Assembly (NCBI GenBank): GCA_037189525.1
Contig: JBBCJC010000001.1
Location: forward strand, 576,001 to 640,000
From: Gemmatimonadales bacterium
GTDB lineage: Bacteria > Gemmatimonadota > Gemmatimonadetes > Gemmatimonadales > GWC2-71-9
Direction of reading: 5' to 3'
Length of the DNA: 64,000 bases
Shown here: piece after piece, positions 50,150 to 59,869 of the stretch
How positions within the stretch are numbered: position 1 is the stretch's first letter
Layout of the letters: every line of letters starts with the position of its first letter
The notes under the pieces: model-generated
What the model was told of the DNA's origin: nothing
Seen by the model: the letters and a program-made list of their open reading frames with translations, nothing else
The model's database searches: none
Program-made: the position numbers and the translations under genes

Positions 50150-50989
50150 ATGGCGAGAAAAGTCACCAGCGGACCCGGCCCCTATCTACTCCACCTGGCC
50201 CTGCTTCGCGAGCGCATTCCTGACACCACACGGTTTCCATACTCGGTTCCCTCCATCGGAGGACTGACGGAACTTCCGTTTCACCCCAAGGTCACGTTTC
50301 TGATCGGGGAAAACGGCTCCGGGAAGTCGACGCTGCTCGAGGCGATTGCCGTTGCCTCTGGGCTCAATCCGGAAGGAGGCAGTCGAAACTTCCGCTTCGC
50401 AACCCGCGCATCCCACTCCTCGCTCGACGAAGCCGTCCGCCTGGTACGGACATCGAGTTTGCCCGGCGACAGCTTCTTTCTGCGCGCCGAAAGTTTTTAC
50501 AACGTTGCCTCGGAAATCGAACGGCTGGACCAGGGCATGCCCGGGTTGACGGCCAGCTACGGTGGAACGTCGCTTCACGAGCAGTCGCATGGCGAGTCGT
50601 TCTTCGCGCTGTTTCAGCATCGGCTCCGCGACAACGGGCTCTATCTCATGGATGAGCCGGAAGCCGCCCTCTCACCCAGCCGCCAGCTCCAGTTCCTCGC
50701 CCTGTTGCACCAGTACGTCGGGGCCGGCTGCCAGTTCGTCATCGCAACGCACTCCCCCATCATCCTGGCATACCCCGACGCCGCGATCTATCTGCTCGAC
50801 GGTGCCCCGCCACGTCGCGTGCTCTATCGGGACACCGAGCACTATCAGGTCACCCGGGACTTTCTGCTTCATCCGGACCGATCGCTGGCCATCCTCCTCG
50901 ACGACACGCCTCCGGCATGCCACGGGCGGCGCGGTCTGGGCGGCGTCCCTGAACATCAGCCCCCTGACTCAGAGGACAGAGCAACCTAG
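50150..50989 (+). CDS. Stand-alone ABC/AAA ATPase (COG3910-like)
   Basis: GENGSGKST, FLRAES, SHGESF, MDEPEAALSP, IATHSPI. Confidence 0.9.
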   Translation: MARKVTSGPGPYLLHLALLRERIPDTTRFPYSVPSIGGLTELPFHPKVTFLIGENGSGKSTLLEAIAVASGLNPEGGSRNFRFATRASHSSLDEAVRLVRTSSLPGDSFFLRAESFYNVASEIERLDQGMPGLTASYGGTSLHEQSHGESFFALFQHRLRDNGLYLMDEPEAALSPSRQLQFLALLHQYVGAGCQFVIATHSPIILAYPDAAIYLLDGAPPRRVLYRDTEHYQVTRDFLLHPDRSLAILLDDTPPACHGRRGLGGVPEHQPPDSEDRAT

Positions 50990-51050
50990 TTTTGATGGGC
51001 GGGCCTTTCCGGGCTCGCCCATTTTCCTGTCCTCGAGCTTCGAGACTCCA

Positions 51051-52358
51051 ATGACGCGGTTCGTCGTCGCCGTATCTGCACTGCTCCTGATGTCTTCGCC
51101 CGTCGTTGCGCAAACCCCGCCGGACACCGGAACGACGGTGATCCGCGCCGGGCGACTCTTCGACAGCGAAACAGCCACGTTCCTCTCCGGCCGGGAAATC
51201 CTGATCAAGGACGGACGCATCACTGCTGTCGCCGAGCGGGTCGACCGACCGGCGGGCGCCAGGATCATCGACCTGTCGCGCTACACCGTCTTGCCGGGCC
51301 TGATCGACGCGCACACTCATCTCCTCTATCTGGAGGGGACCGGCGCCAGCCTGACCATGGAAGGCATCAAAGCGGTCGTCACCGAGGGACTCCCGCTGCG
51401 AGCCCTACACGGCGCGGCTCGGGGCCGGACCTTCCTCCATGCCGGCATCACGACCGTGCGCGACCTGGGCAACAGCGGCCGCTTCGGTGACGTAGCGCTG
51501 CGCGCCGCCATCGAGGACGGCAGCGTCGACGGCCCCCGACTGATTCCCTCAGGACCGGGGTTGAGTCCGCTCGGTGGGCAGTTCCCGGGTCTCAAGCCGG
51601 GCTTCGAGCATCTCGCCAACGAGGACTACCGCGTCATTCACGATCCGGTCGATGCCGCCGATGCCGTACGCGAGAATGTCACCTTCGGAGCGCGGGTCAT
51701 CAAGATCTTTTCCAACGCCACGCCGAACCCCGGCGTCCTGACCCTCGACGAAATCCGCGCGATCGTCACGTCGGCCAACCTCCACGGAGTCAAGGTTGCA
51801 GCCCACGCCACCAGCGACGCCGCGATCTATCGCGCCGCCCTGGCCGGGGTCCATTCGATCGAGCACGGCTACCAGGTGGCTGACTCGACGCTGGCGCTGA
51901 TGGCCCGCAACGGCGTGACCCTGACGCCGACGGACATCGACAGCGTCTCGATCCTCCGATACCTCGGACTGCAGAACCCGGGTGGGCCGGCTCCCGACCC
52001 CGCATCCGTCCGCGGCTACCTGGACAGCGGCCGCGACCGGCTCCGGCGGGCCATCAAAGCCGGAGTGACGATCACGGCCGGATCGGACAACTACATCGAC
52101 TTCAAGCAGCCGCAGGGTGTTGCGGCGCGACGAGTCCTCTTCGCCTATCGTGAAGCGGGAATGACGCCGAGTCAGATCCTCCAGGCGGCGACCTACAACA
52201 ACGGCAAACTCCTGGGCATGGACGGACGGCTCGGCGTACTCAAAGCCGGTGCGTTGGCCGACCTGATTGCCATCGAGGGCGATCCGGAACGGGACTTTGC
52301 CGCCATCGAACGGGTTCGCTTCGTGATGAAGGCCGGCACCGTCTATCTCGGCCGATAG
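51051..52358 (+). CDS. Secreted amidohydrolase (Xaa-Pro dipeptidase-like)
   Basis: PGLIDAHTH, GITTVRDLG, IK, AAHA, SIEHG, GSD. Confidence 0.9.
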   Translation: MTRFVVAVSALLLMSSPVVAQTPPDTGTTVIRAGRLFDSETATFLSGREILIKDGRITAVAERVDRPAGARIIDLSRYTVLPGLIDAHTHLLYLEGTGASLTMEGIKAVVTEGLPLRALHGAARGRTFLHAGITTVRDLGNSGRFGDVALRAAIEDGSVDGPRLIPSGPGLSPLGGQFPGLKPGFEHLANEDYRVIHDPVDAADAVRENVTFGARVIKIFSNATPNPGVLTLDEIRAIVTSANLHGVKVAAHATSDAAIYRAALAGVHSIEHGYQVADSTLALMARNGVTLTPTDIDSVSILRYLGLQNPGGPAPDPASVRGYLDSGRDRLRRAIKAGVTITAGSDNYIDFKQPQGVAARRVLFAYREAGMTPSQILQAATYNNGKLLGMDGRLGVLKAGALADLIAIEGDPERDFAAIERVRFVMKAGTVYLGR

Positions 52359-52397
52359 TCCGCAGTAGCCAGCCTAACGCCACCACCTGCGCAGTGA

Positions 52398-53810
52398 TCA
52401 GGGCCGAGCCAACGCTCGGCCCGCCAGGAGCTCGTCCGGAGTCCATCTAGTCCCGCCACGCATGACCCAGACGATCGATCGGGTGTTGGCAATGGCCGCC
52501 TCCGGGTCCGCATCGAGCAGTACGAGATCCGCCCGCTTGCCGACTTCGATCGTCCCCGTCTGATCGAGTATCCCCAGCGCCTCGGCGCCGTTGCGGGTCG
52601 CCATGCGCAGCACTTCGCGCGGCGGGATTCCGGCGTCGACCAGCAGTTCGAACTCCCGATGGAGGCTCGGACCCGCCGGCACCCAGGGGCTGTTGCCATC
52701 GGTGCCGGTAGTCAGCAGCACCCCTCGGTCGTACAGCTGCTTGACGAATCGACGCACCAGCGGCCAGGCTCGGCGCGCCCGGTCGAAATCCGCGGGCGTA
52801 AAGCCCGCGCTCAGGGTAAAGGAGGTTCGCCAGTTCTCCAGTAGCGCCGGGTGCGCATGAACGAGATCCGGACTCTGGACCATGCGTGCGCTGTCGCCCC
52901 AGGCGATCGCTTCGAAGATCGCGAGCGTCGGATCATGCGGGATGCGCCGCGTCACCAGCGCCCGGATCATCGAATCCGCCTCGGCGGATTCCGGCTCGTA
53001 AAACTCATGCCACTGGAACATGAACCCGGCGTGCCTGACCATCGACGCCCGCCATGCCGCGCGGCGCTCGGGTGTCAGGAGCTTGGGAGACAGGGGGAAC
53101 GAGTGCACCAGATAGTCGATGCCCAGCGCAGCGGCTTCGGTCCAGCTCGTGGCGAACAGATGCCCGATCACCTTGACGCCCGCCCGATGCGCCTCGTCGA
53201 TCCCGGCAGCCACCGCGGTCGAATCGAGCGAGGTATAGAGCTTGACGTAGTCGACACCGAGCCCGATCTGCCGACGAACCGCGGCCCGGACATCGTCGGG
53301 CGTCTTTACCTGTTCCGTCAGTCCGGGAAACTCACCTCGATCGATCACTTCGCCCGCCGTCAGAATGCGCGGGCCAATCAACTGGCCGCGAGCGACACTG
53401 TCGCGCACCGCGACGGCAACATTGGCAGGCGCGGCCGGGTCGCGGATCGTCGTGACCCCGAATGCCAGCAAGGTACGCAGCGTCCACGATGCGATACTGG
53501 TATCGGACACGACCATCGGCACACCGGAGGCCTGGACCTGCACCGGGCCGAGGATGACATGGGCATGCATGTCGATCAGGCCGGGCATCAGCCATCGCCC
53601 GGTGCCGTCGATGACCTCGGCGCCCATGGGCGCGCGCAAAGCATCCACCGGTTCGATGCGCTCGATGCGGCCATCCCGGATCAGGACGCTCTGCCCCGCC
53701 TTGGGGGCGCCACCCGACCCGTCGATGACGGTGACGTTCCTCACGACGACCGACGGCTGCGCACACGCGGCCGCCAGCAGAACCAGAATCACTCCATAGC
53801 GAAGCGACAT
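52398..53810 (-). CDS. Amidohydrolase family lipoprotein
   Basis: LAAAC, PGLIDMHAH, GVTTIRD, VKLY, GTD, GKRADLVLL. Confidence 0.9.
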   Translation of the reverse strand: MSLRYGVILVLLAAACAQPSVVVRNVTVIDGSGGAPKAGQSVLIRDGRIERIEPVDALRAPMGAEVIDGTGRWLMPGLIDMHAHVILGPVQVQASGVPMVVSDTSIASWTLRTLLAFGVTTIRDPAAPANVAVAVRDSVARGQLIGPRILTAGEVIDRGEFPGLTEQVKTPDDVRAAVRRQIGLGVDYVKLYTSLDSTAVAAGIDEAHRAGVKVIGHLFATSWTEAAALGIDYLVHSFPLSPKLLTPERRAAWRASMVRHAGFMFQWHEFYEPESAEADSMIRALVTRRIPHDPTLAIFEAIAWGDSARMVQSPDLVHAHPALLENWRTSFTLSAGFTPADFDRARRAWPLVRRFVKQLYDRGVLLTTGTDGNSPWVPAGPSLHREFELLVDAGIPPREVLRMATRNGAEALGILDQTGTIEVGKRADLVLLDADPEAAIANTRSIVWVMRGGTRWTPDELLAGRALARP

Positions 53811-53881
53811 CGCTACCTCGATTTTCTCAGACGTTCTGGCAAGTAGGCGGCGGGGCGGTTCAGGACGCCGCCATGCATGAC

Positions 53882-55234
53882 CTAGGCAATCCGCCGCGTG
53901 TTGGAGATCTGGACGAGCGGGTCGGCATCCAGTACGACCAGATCGGCCCGCTTCCCGACTTCGAGGGTTCCGAGCTCGGCGCCGAGCCGAAGCGCTACCG
54001 CAGCGTTGCGGGTTGCCATCCGGAGCACATCGGCGTTCGGGATACCCGACGCCGCGAGCAACTCCATTTCGCGGTGGAACATCCAGGGATTGGCAGCATC
54101 GGTCCCAACCGTGAGCGGCACGCCGGCCTGGTGGAGACGACGGACCAGCTCCTGCATCCGCGGCAAGCGATCGCGGGCGTTGGCGTAGTCGGCGGCCGAC
54201 CATCCGCGCAGGGCATTCATCGCCTTTTCCTTGGCCGCAAAGGTCGGCGGCACGTATTGCTCCGCCTCTCTGGGATAGAAAGAGGGATGATCGTACCAGG
54301 CGACGGATTCGAAGTAACTCAAGGTCGGATCGATACTGACGTGCCGGAGCACCAGGGTTCGGAGCAGGTCCTGAATCTCAGGACCGTCGAAGTCGGCGAA
54401 CCTGAACCAGTCGAACATCACCAACCCGCGATGCTTGATCGCCAGAAACTCGGCCCGCCGATCCGGCGGCAGGAGTTTGGCATTGCTGACGATGACGTGC
54501 GTAATCCCGTCGATGCCGGCCAGAGCGGCATCGGTCCACGAAGTGCTGGCGAGGTGACCTACCGTCAGGAGCCCGTGCCGATGCGCCTCGTCGATCGCGG
54601 CGCGTACCAGCGCGGAGTCGAGACCGTCATACACCTTGATCAGATCGACGCCCGCAGCCGCTTGCGCAGCCACCGCTGCACGGACTTCCGCTTCCGTGGT
54701 GATGGGGATCGTCGCCGTGTTGACTGTCGGACGATCGAGTACCGAGCCCGAGGTCAAGATCCGGGGCCCGATCAACTCGCCTGTGCGCACCCGATTCCGC
54801 AGGGACAACCCTTCGCGCGTGGGAGCAGCAGGATTACGAACGGTCGTAATACCAAACGCCAGCTGGGATCGTGTCAGTTCTTGCGTAGCTTCCTCGTCGT
54901 ACGCATAGCGCAGCGCCGGCTTTCCCGCGATCGTATCGAGCTCCCAGACGCCGATGGCCAGATGCCCGTGCATCTCGATGAATCCCGGCACCAGGAATTT
55001 CCCCGATACATCCACGATCCGCGCCCCACGAGGGACAGGGACAGCGCCTCGCGGCCCCACGGCAGTGATCCATCCGTTCCGGACCACCACGACCGCATCG
55101 GGTTGAGATCCTCGGCCGGTCCCGTCGATCACGGTCCCACCCACCAGCGCAAGAGTCCCGGACTGCGCATGGGCGGCAGTCCATAGGATCAGAGACAAAA
55201 CCAGGACGAACCCTGGACGGATACGGCGAACCAT
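53882..55234 (-). CDS. Secreted amidohydrolase, probably truncated by a premature TAG
   Basis: PGFIEMHGH, GITTVRN, IKVY, GTD, GKRADL; homology continues past TAG at 53882 to a stop at 53813. Confidence 0.85.
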   Translation of the reverse strand: MVRRIRPGFVLVLSLILWTAAHAQSGTLALVGGTVIDGTGRGSQPDAVVVVRNGWITAVGPRGAVPVPRGARIVDVSGKFLVPGFIEMHGHLAIGVWELDTIAGKPALRYAYDEEATQELTRSQLAFGITTVRNPAAPTREGLSLRNRVRTGELIGPRILTSGSVLDRPTVNTATIPITTEAEVRAAVAAQAAAGVDLIKVYDGLDSALVRAAIDEAHRHGLLTVGHLASTSWTDAALAGIDGITHVIVSNAKLLPPDRRAEFLAIKHRGLVMFDWFRFADFDGPEIQDLLRTLVLRHVSIDPTLSYFESVAWYDHPSFYPREAEQYVPPTFAAKEKAMNALRGWSAADYANARDRLPRMQELVRRLHQAGVPLTVGTDAANPWMFHREMELLAASGIPNADVLRMATRNAAVALRLGAELGTLEVGKRADLVVLDADPLVQISNTRRIA

Positions 55235-55477
55235 GAGCGATGCTCGGATTGATGGCCACCATGGTAGTCCCGGAATCCAGCAAAACCTTACTGGTGATGG
55301 AAGTCGTTGGCCCCATGCGGGCTGTACCAGGAGTTGCTACGAGCCTTGGGGGTGAGACCACCGTCGCATCGTTTGACAAGATGATGGGCCAACGCCAAGC
55401 TTACCCGGGCGTTCGGCGCCTCTATTTCAAACCGAACCGACAGGCCGACGCCAAGCGACACTTCAACCCCACCGGAC

Positions 55478-56764
55478 ATGCGACACGGACTCCTGCTGCT
55501 GATCGTCTGGACGCTGGGATGTGCCAGCCAGGCGACGGAACGATCGGCATGGCCTGCCCCTGTTGCCGGACAGGTGCAGTACGATGCCACCGTCGGCTTC
55601 AACCTCGACGCAGGCGAACTGGACGCTGCGGTCACGCTGCACTTACCGTCCACCGCCGCCGTGGGCGACACGATTCGACTCCTGCTCAATCGAGGGCTGA
55701 CGGTACAGAGCGTCACGGGAACGGCGGTACGGTCTCATCAGGTCGGCCCCTCGGAGTTCTCGCCAGCTTGGCAGATGGTGTCCATCCTGCTGGACGGACC
55801 GATCCCGGCGGGTGCCGTTCGTACTATCGAGATCCGATATGCCGGTAAGCCCGAGCTGCCGGGCGATGGAATCAATGCCATTGCGCCACACCGGGTCGAA
55901 CTCAACCTCGATTCCCAGTGGTTTCCGATTCCCGCGCGGATCGACCATGAACTCGTCGGTATACTTCGGACTCGGGTACCGGCAGGTTGGCAGGTGGCGG
56001 CGGGCGGGACCATCGAGCGCCTCGATAGCGCCGTGGTCGTGCGGTCACGCGTTCCCCAGGTCGATGTGGCAATCTCGGCGACCCCGGGATTTCGCGAACT
56101 ACCAGGGCGGCAGTTCACCATCCTGTACAACGACGCCGGTGAGCGTACGGCGCGGGCCGTGCTCGTCGCGGCCGAGAACTGCGGCGGGTATCTCGATGGA
56201 CGGTTCGGAGGGAGAGATCGGTTTCCCGGCGGCCGGATCGTCCTCGCCGATCGGCCCGGACCGGGCTACGCGCGCAAGAACTACATCGTGCTCAGCAACA
56301 TCGACCCCGACAGCTCCGAAGCCCTCCATAACTTCCTCTGTCACGAGGTCGCCCACTATTGGACCCGGTTCTCGGGCGCCATGTCTCCCAACTACTGGTT
56401 GATCGAGACCTTCGCCGAGTTTTCGGCCGCGCTCTACCTGCGGGATCGGATCGGGGCGGCGGCGTTCGACCGGCGACGCAGCATCTGGGAGTCGGGCGGC
56501 CGTGCCGCCGGTCCCGTCTGGACCCCGGCAACGACGACCCGACAACCGTATGCGGTAGCCTACCGGCGCGGTCCGTATCTCCTCGCGCTGCTGGAAGATC
56601 GCATCGGGCGAGAGACATTTGCCCGATTCATCGACGGCTACATGGAAACCGGCATCGCGACGACGCAGGCCCTCCTCGACCACCTGCAGGGCGTGGCAGG
56701 GGCTCAGGCATCGGCATGGTTCGCAGCCGAACTCGCCAAGGGACCATCGACCCCGCACCCCTAG
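55478..56764 (+). CDS. M1-like gluzincin aminopeptidase lipoprotein
   Basis: LGC lipobox, HEVAHYW...WLIETFAE, Y.RGP..L..LE..IG. Confidence 0.82.
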   Translation: MRHGLLLLIVWTLGCASQATERSAWPAPVAGQVQYDATVGFNLDAGELDAAVTLHLPSTAAVGDTIRLLLNRGLTVQSVTGTAVRSHQVGPSEFSPAWQMVSILLDGPIPAGAVRTIEIRYAGKPELPGDGINAIAPHRVELNLDSQWFPIPARIDHELVGILRTRVPAGWQVAAGGTIERLDSAVVVRSRVPQVDVAISATPGFRELPGRQFTILYNDAGERTARAVLVAAENCGGYLDGRFGGRDRFPGGRIVLADRPGPGYARKNYIVLSNIDPDSSEALHNFLCHEVAHYWTRFSGAMSPNYWLIETFAEFSAALYLRDRIGAAAFDRRRSIWESGGRAAGPVWTPATTTRQPYAVAYRRGPYLLALLEDRIGRETFARFIDGYMETGIATTQALLDHLQGVAGAQASAWFAAELAKGPSTPHP

Positions 56765-56910
56765 AACGGCGAAACCGAACCAGCTACGCAACCGCGATGG
56801 CCCTGCTTCTGAGAATCGACAGAGCTCGAGCCTTGGCCTGCGGCTCACAACGTTTTGACCTGATGAGGTGTCTAACTAAGATCGACCCTTCCCTGACTGC
56901 TATCCGGACC

Positions 56911-58113
56911 ATGTCTCTCTCGCGACAACGACTGACCTGTTTTCTCTGCCTCGGATTGGGCGCTACATCCGCCGGATCAGCCCAATCGCCTGCGGTGGCA
57001 CGAATCGTCGAGGCGGCGAAGGCTTCGCACACCGACGCTCTCTATCTCTGGAAGGACGGCGTCGAGTTGATCGACACCACCTTTTCCGGCGAGCCCCGGA
57101 CCATCGAACTCATGTCCGCCGCCAAGTCCGTCGTCGCCCTCGCCATCGGGCGGCTGCTCGACGAAGGCAAGTTGAGTTCGATTGACCAGCCAGTCCATAC
57201 ACTCTTCCCGGAATGGAAGCAGGGCCGGAAGCAGGACATCACCATCAAGCACCTGCTCAACCACACGTCGGGACTTCAGAACATTCCCAATGCAGGCGCC
57301 GAGATTTATCCCGCACCTGATGCGATCCAGCTGGCGCTTGCTGCGGAACTGACGGACCCGCCCGGGGCCAGGTTCGCCTATAACAACAAGGCAACCAATC
57401 TGCTGGCCGGCGTCATCGAAAAGGCCAGCGGGCAGCGGATGGACCTGTATATGGTCGAGAAGCTGTTTCAGCCGCTCGGAATCTCCGAGTACCAGTGGTA
57501 CTTCGACCGGAGCGGCAAGCCGCACGGAATGGCGGGGCTCCAACTCAAGGCGCGGGACGCCGCCAAGCTGGGCCGGCTGGTGCTCGACCGTGGCCAGTGG
57601 GAAGGCAAACAACTGATCCCGGCCAGCTATATCGACGCCATGCTGGCCCCGAGCCAGGAACACTATCGGCTGGTCGGCCTGCTCTGGTGGATTCAGCCGG
57701 ACACCCAAAGCGTGCGGCTCAAACCGCTCACGGCCCGCCGCACCGACTCTCCGGACAAACAGGCGGTGATCCGGAAACTCTCGACTCTGTCGGCACGAGA
57801 GTACGGCTCCAGACCCGAGGCGCGCCTGGCGATTTGGAACCTGATTGGGGGGCCGCAGCCGTCCGCCGATTCGACCCTCGTCACCGCGATCGGGGCCGAT
57901 TGGAGTACGTCGATCCTCGACTGGACCATCGGGACGCCCGCGGCGTTCTACGCGGACGGATATCTGGGCCAGTACATCGTCGTCGTACCGAGCCAGCGCG
58001 TGGTAGCAGTGCGACAGATTCGTAACTCGGACCGATACGATGAAGCCACCGACGGGTTCACGAACTTCGTCGCGATGGTGACGAGACTGGCCCCGGAACT
58101 GGGAAGAGACTAG
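56911..58113 (+). CDS. Secreted serine hydrolase (NylB / beta-lactamase family)
   Basis: SAAKS, LLNHTSGL, FAYNN, A.GYLGQYI. Confidence 0.88.
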   Translation: MSLSRQRLTCFLCLGLGATSAGSAQSPAVARIVEAAKASHTDALYLWKDGVELIDTTFSGEPRTIELMSAAKSVVALAIGRLLDEGKLSSIDQPVHTLFPEWKQGRKQDITIKHLLNHTSGLQNIPNAGAEIYPAPDAIQLALAAELTDPPGARFAYNNKATNLLAGVIEKASGQRMDLYMVEKLFQPLGISEYQWYFDRSGKPHGMAGLQLKARDAAKLGRLVLDRGQWEGKQLIPASYIDAMLAPSQEHYRLVGLLWWIQPDTQSVRLKPLTARRTDSPDKQAVIRKLSTLSAREYGSRPEARLAIWNLIGGPQPSADSTLVTAIGADWSTSILDWTIGTPAAFYADGYLGQYIVVVPSQRVVAVRQIRNSDRYDEATDGFTNFVAMVTRLAPELGRD

Positions 58114-58235
58114 ACAGAACGGCGGAAGATCCTACGGCTTCCCGGGAAGTACAGTGCCCAAACGGCCGCAGGACCGAGTCCTAACACCTATGAGGAGTGG
58201 ATACTACATCCATCGCCTGCAACGCACCCGTCGGC

Positions 58236-58646
58236 TTACGTCGCTGCCTGCGCAATGAGCCAGTAGCGCGCAAATTTCCCGACGGCCATGTAGAGCGTCG
58301 ACGGTACCAGCGGCAGCCGAAGCCATCCCGCCGCAACGCAGAGCGCATCACCGACGATCGGCGCCCACGCCAAGAGGAGCACGGGCGCCCCGTATCGGCG
58401 GGCCCACGCGACCTCCCGTCGAGCCGTACGTTCCGGCAGGAGCCGGCCGATGGCATACGAGGTGAGGCCGCCCAGCGTGTTCCCGAAGGTGGCTACCGCG
58501 AGCGCCGGCCAGAAGATGTCGGAGTTGAACCGCAGAAGGGCAAACAGGGCGGGCTCCGAACCGCCCGGAAGCAAAGTGGCCGCCAGGAAACTGGCCGCAA
58601 ACAACGCCCAGAGTTGGGCGGCCTCGGACCCGAGGAGCGCTTCCAT
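58236..58646 (-). CDS. YqaA/DedA (VTT domain) membrane protein
   Basis: SFLAATLLPGGSE, GNTLGG, W.P..GD.LC..AGW, GK.ARY. Confidence 0.9.
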   Translation of the reverse strand: MEALLGSEAAQLWALFAASFLAATLLPGGSEPALFALLRFNSDIFWPALAVATFGNTLGGLTSYAIGRLLPERTARREVAWARRYGAPVLLLAWAPIVGDALCVAAGWLRLPLVPSTLYMAVGKFARYWLIAQAAT

Positions 58647-58670
58647 CGCAACGTCAGCGCGCGGCGACGC

Positions 58671-59816
58671 TCATCCGCAAAACTCGGTGATCACTCCGGT
58701 CAACAGATCCGTCACCCGATGCACCGACGCGACCTCGACCCATTCGGTCGCCGCATGCGCACCGCCTCCGACGACGCCGACCAGTAAGCTCTGCATTCCG
58801 GCGCCGTGGGTGAGCCCCGCATCGGTCCAGAAGGGATCGCCGCGGACGACCGGAGCCGTGCCGAGCACGCGTTCGGTGTGGCGCATCACGGTCGTGACGA
58901 TCGGCGATTCCGGATCGGCCTCGAACGCGTCCCGCCCGATCAGCCGAGTCAGCGTGTACCGGAACTCGGGGTCTTGGGACGCCAGAGTGTCGAGCAACCG
59001 GCGCAGTTCGGCCTCGACGCTCGCCACCGTCTCATCTGGGAGCGCCCGGCGTTCGATCGTGATCCGGCACTCCGCAGCAACCGTCGCAGCATCCTCACCG
59101 CCCTCGATCATCGAGACGCGAACCGCACTGTGGCCGAGCATCGGATGCCGGGGCACCGCCTGTAAGCGAGCCCGTAACGCCTCGATCGCGTTCAGAACCC
59201 GGGTGGCATGCGCAATCGTATCGATCCCCTGCTCCGGCATCGAACCATGCGCAGCGCGGCCGGTCAGCACGATCTCGAACCAGGCAAAGCCGCGATGGGC
59301 CAGCGTCACACCGAGCTGAGTCGGCTCGACGACGATCGCGGCATCGGCTCGGAACTGTGCGACGACCTCTTCCGTCCCGATGCTACCGAACTCCTCGTCA
59401 GCCACGCAAGCAACCAGCACGTCACCGGCGAGCGGGACCTGCGTGGCACGCACCGCGGCAACCATCGCGGCGGCCAGACCGCTTTTCATGTCGAACGCGC
59501 CGCGACCATACAAGCGACCGTCCCGCTCCACCGGGTCGAACGGGTCGCCGTCGTACCCGGCGACCGACACCGTATCGGTATGCCCGTTGAGGAGCAGCGA
59601 GCGACCACCGCCTGTGCCGCGCCGGATCCCGACCACCGACGGGCGCCCGGGATGGCCCTCGAGCCGATGCACCTCGAACCCGTGCCGGGTCAACCACTCA
59701 CCGCACCAGGCGGCGATCGCGGCCTCGCCAGCTGCGCCGGGCACCAGATCGGGGTTGACCGAATCCAGGCGGACCATGGCACGGAGCAGCTCGATCGGAT
59801 CGGGTGACTCAGACAT
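58671..59816 (-). CDS. ArgE/DapE family M20 deacylase
   Basis: NGHTDTV, GRGAFDMK, DEE, EPT, G.AAHGS, GAH...EW. Confidence 0.9.
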   Translation of the reverse strand: MSESPDPIELLRAMVRLDSVNPDLVPGAAGEAAIAAWCGEWLTRHGFEVHRLEGHPGRPSVVGIRRGTGGGRSLLLNGHTDTVSVAGYDGDPFDPVERDGRLYGRGAFDMKSGLAAAMVAAVRATQVPLAGDVLVACVADEEFGSIGTEEVVAQFRADAAIVVEPTQLGVTLAHRGFAWFEIVLTGRAAHGSMPEQGIDTIAHATRVLNAIEALRARLQAVPRHPMLGHSAVRVSMIEGGEDAATVAAECRITIERRALPDETVASVEAELRRLLDTLASQDPEFRYTLTRLIGRDAFEADPESPIVTTVMRHTERVLGTAPVVRGDPFWTDAGLTHGAGMQSLLVGVVGGGAHAATEWVEVASVHRVTDLLTGVITEFCG

Positions 59817-59869
59817 GACAGCCTCGCATCAACGGTTGAACCGGCCGGAATCCCTGCGCTACAACGTCC

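Noticed and set aside
58671..59816. Second ArgE-like gene as part of arginine biosynthesis
   Set aside because: The operon already has its own M20 deacylase, and this copy lies among catabolic peptidases.
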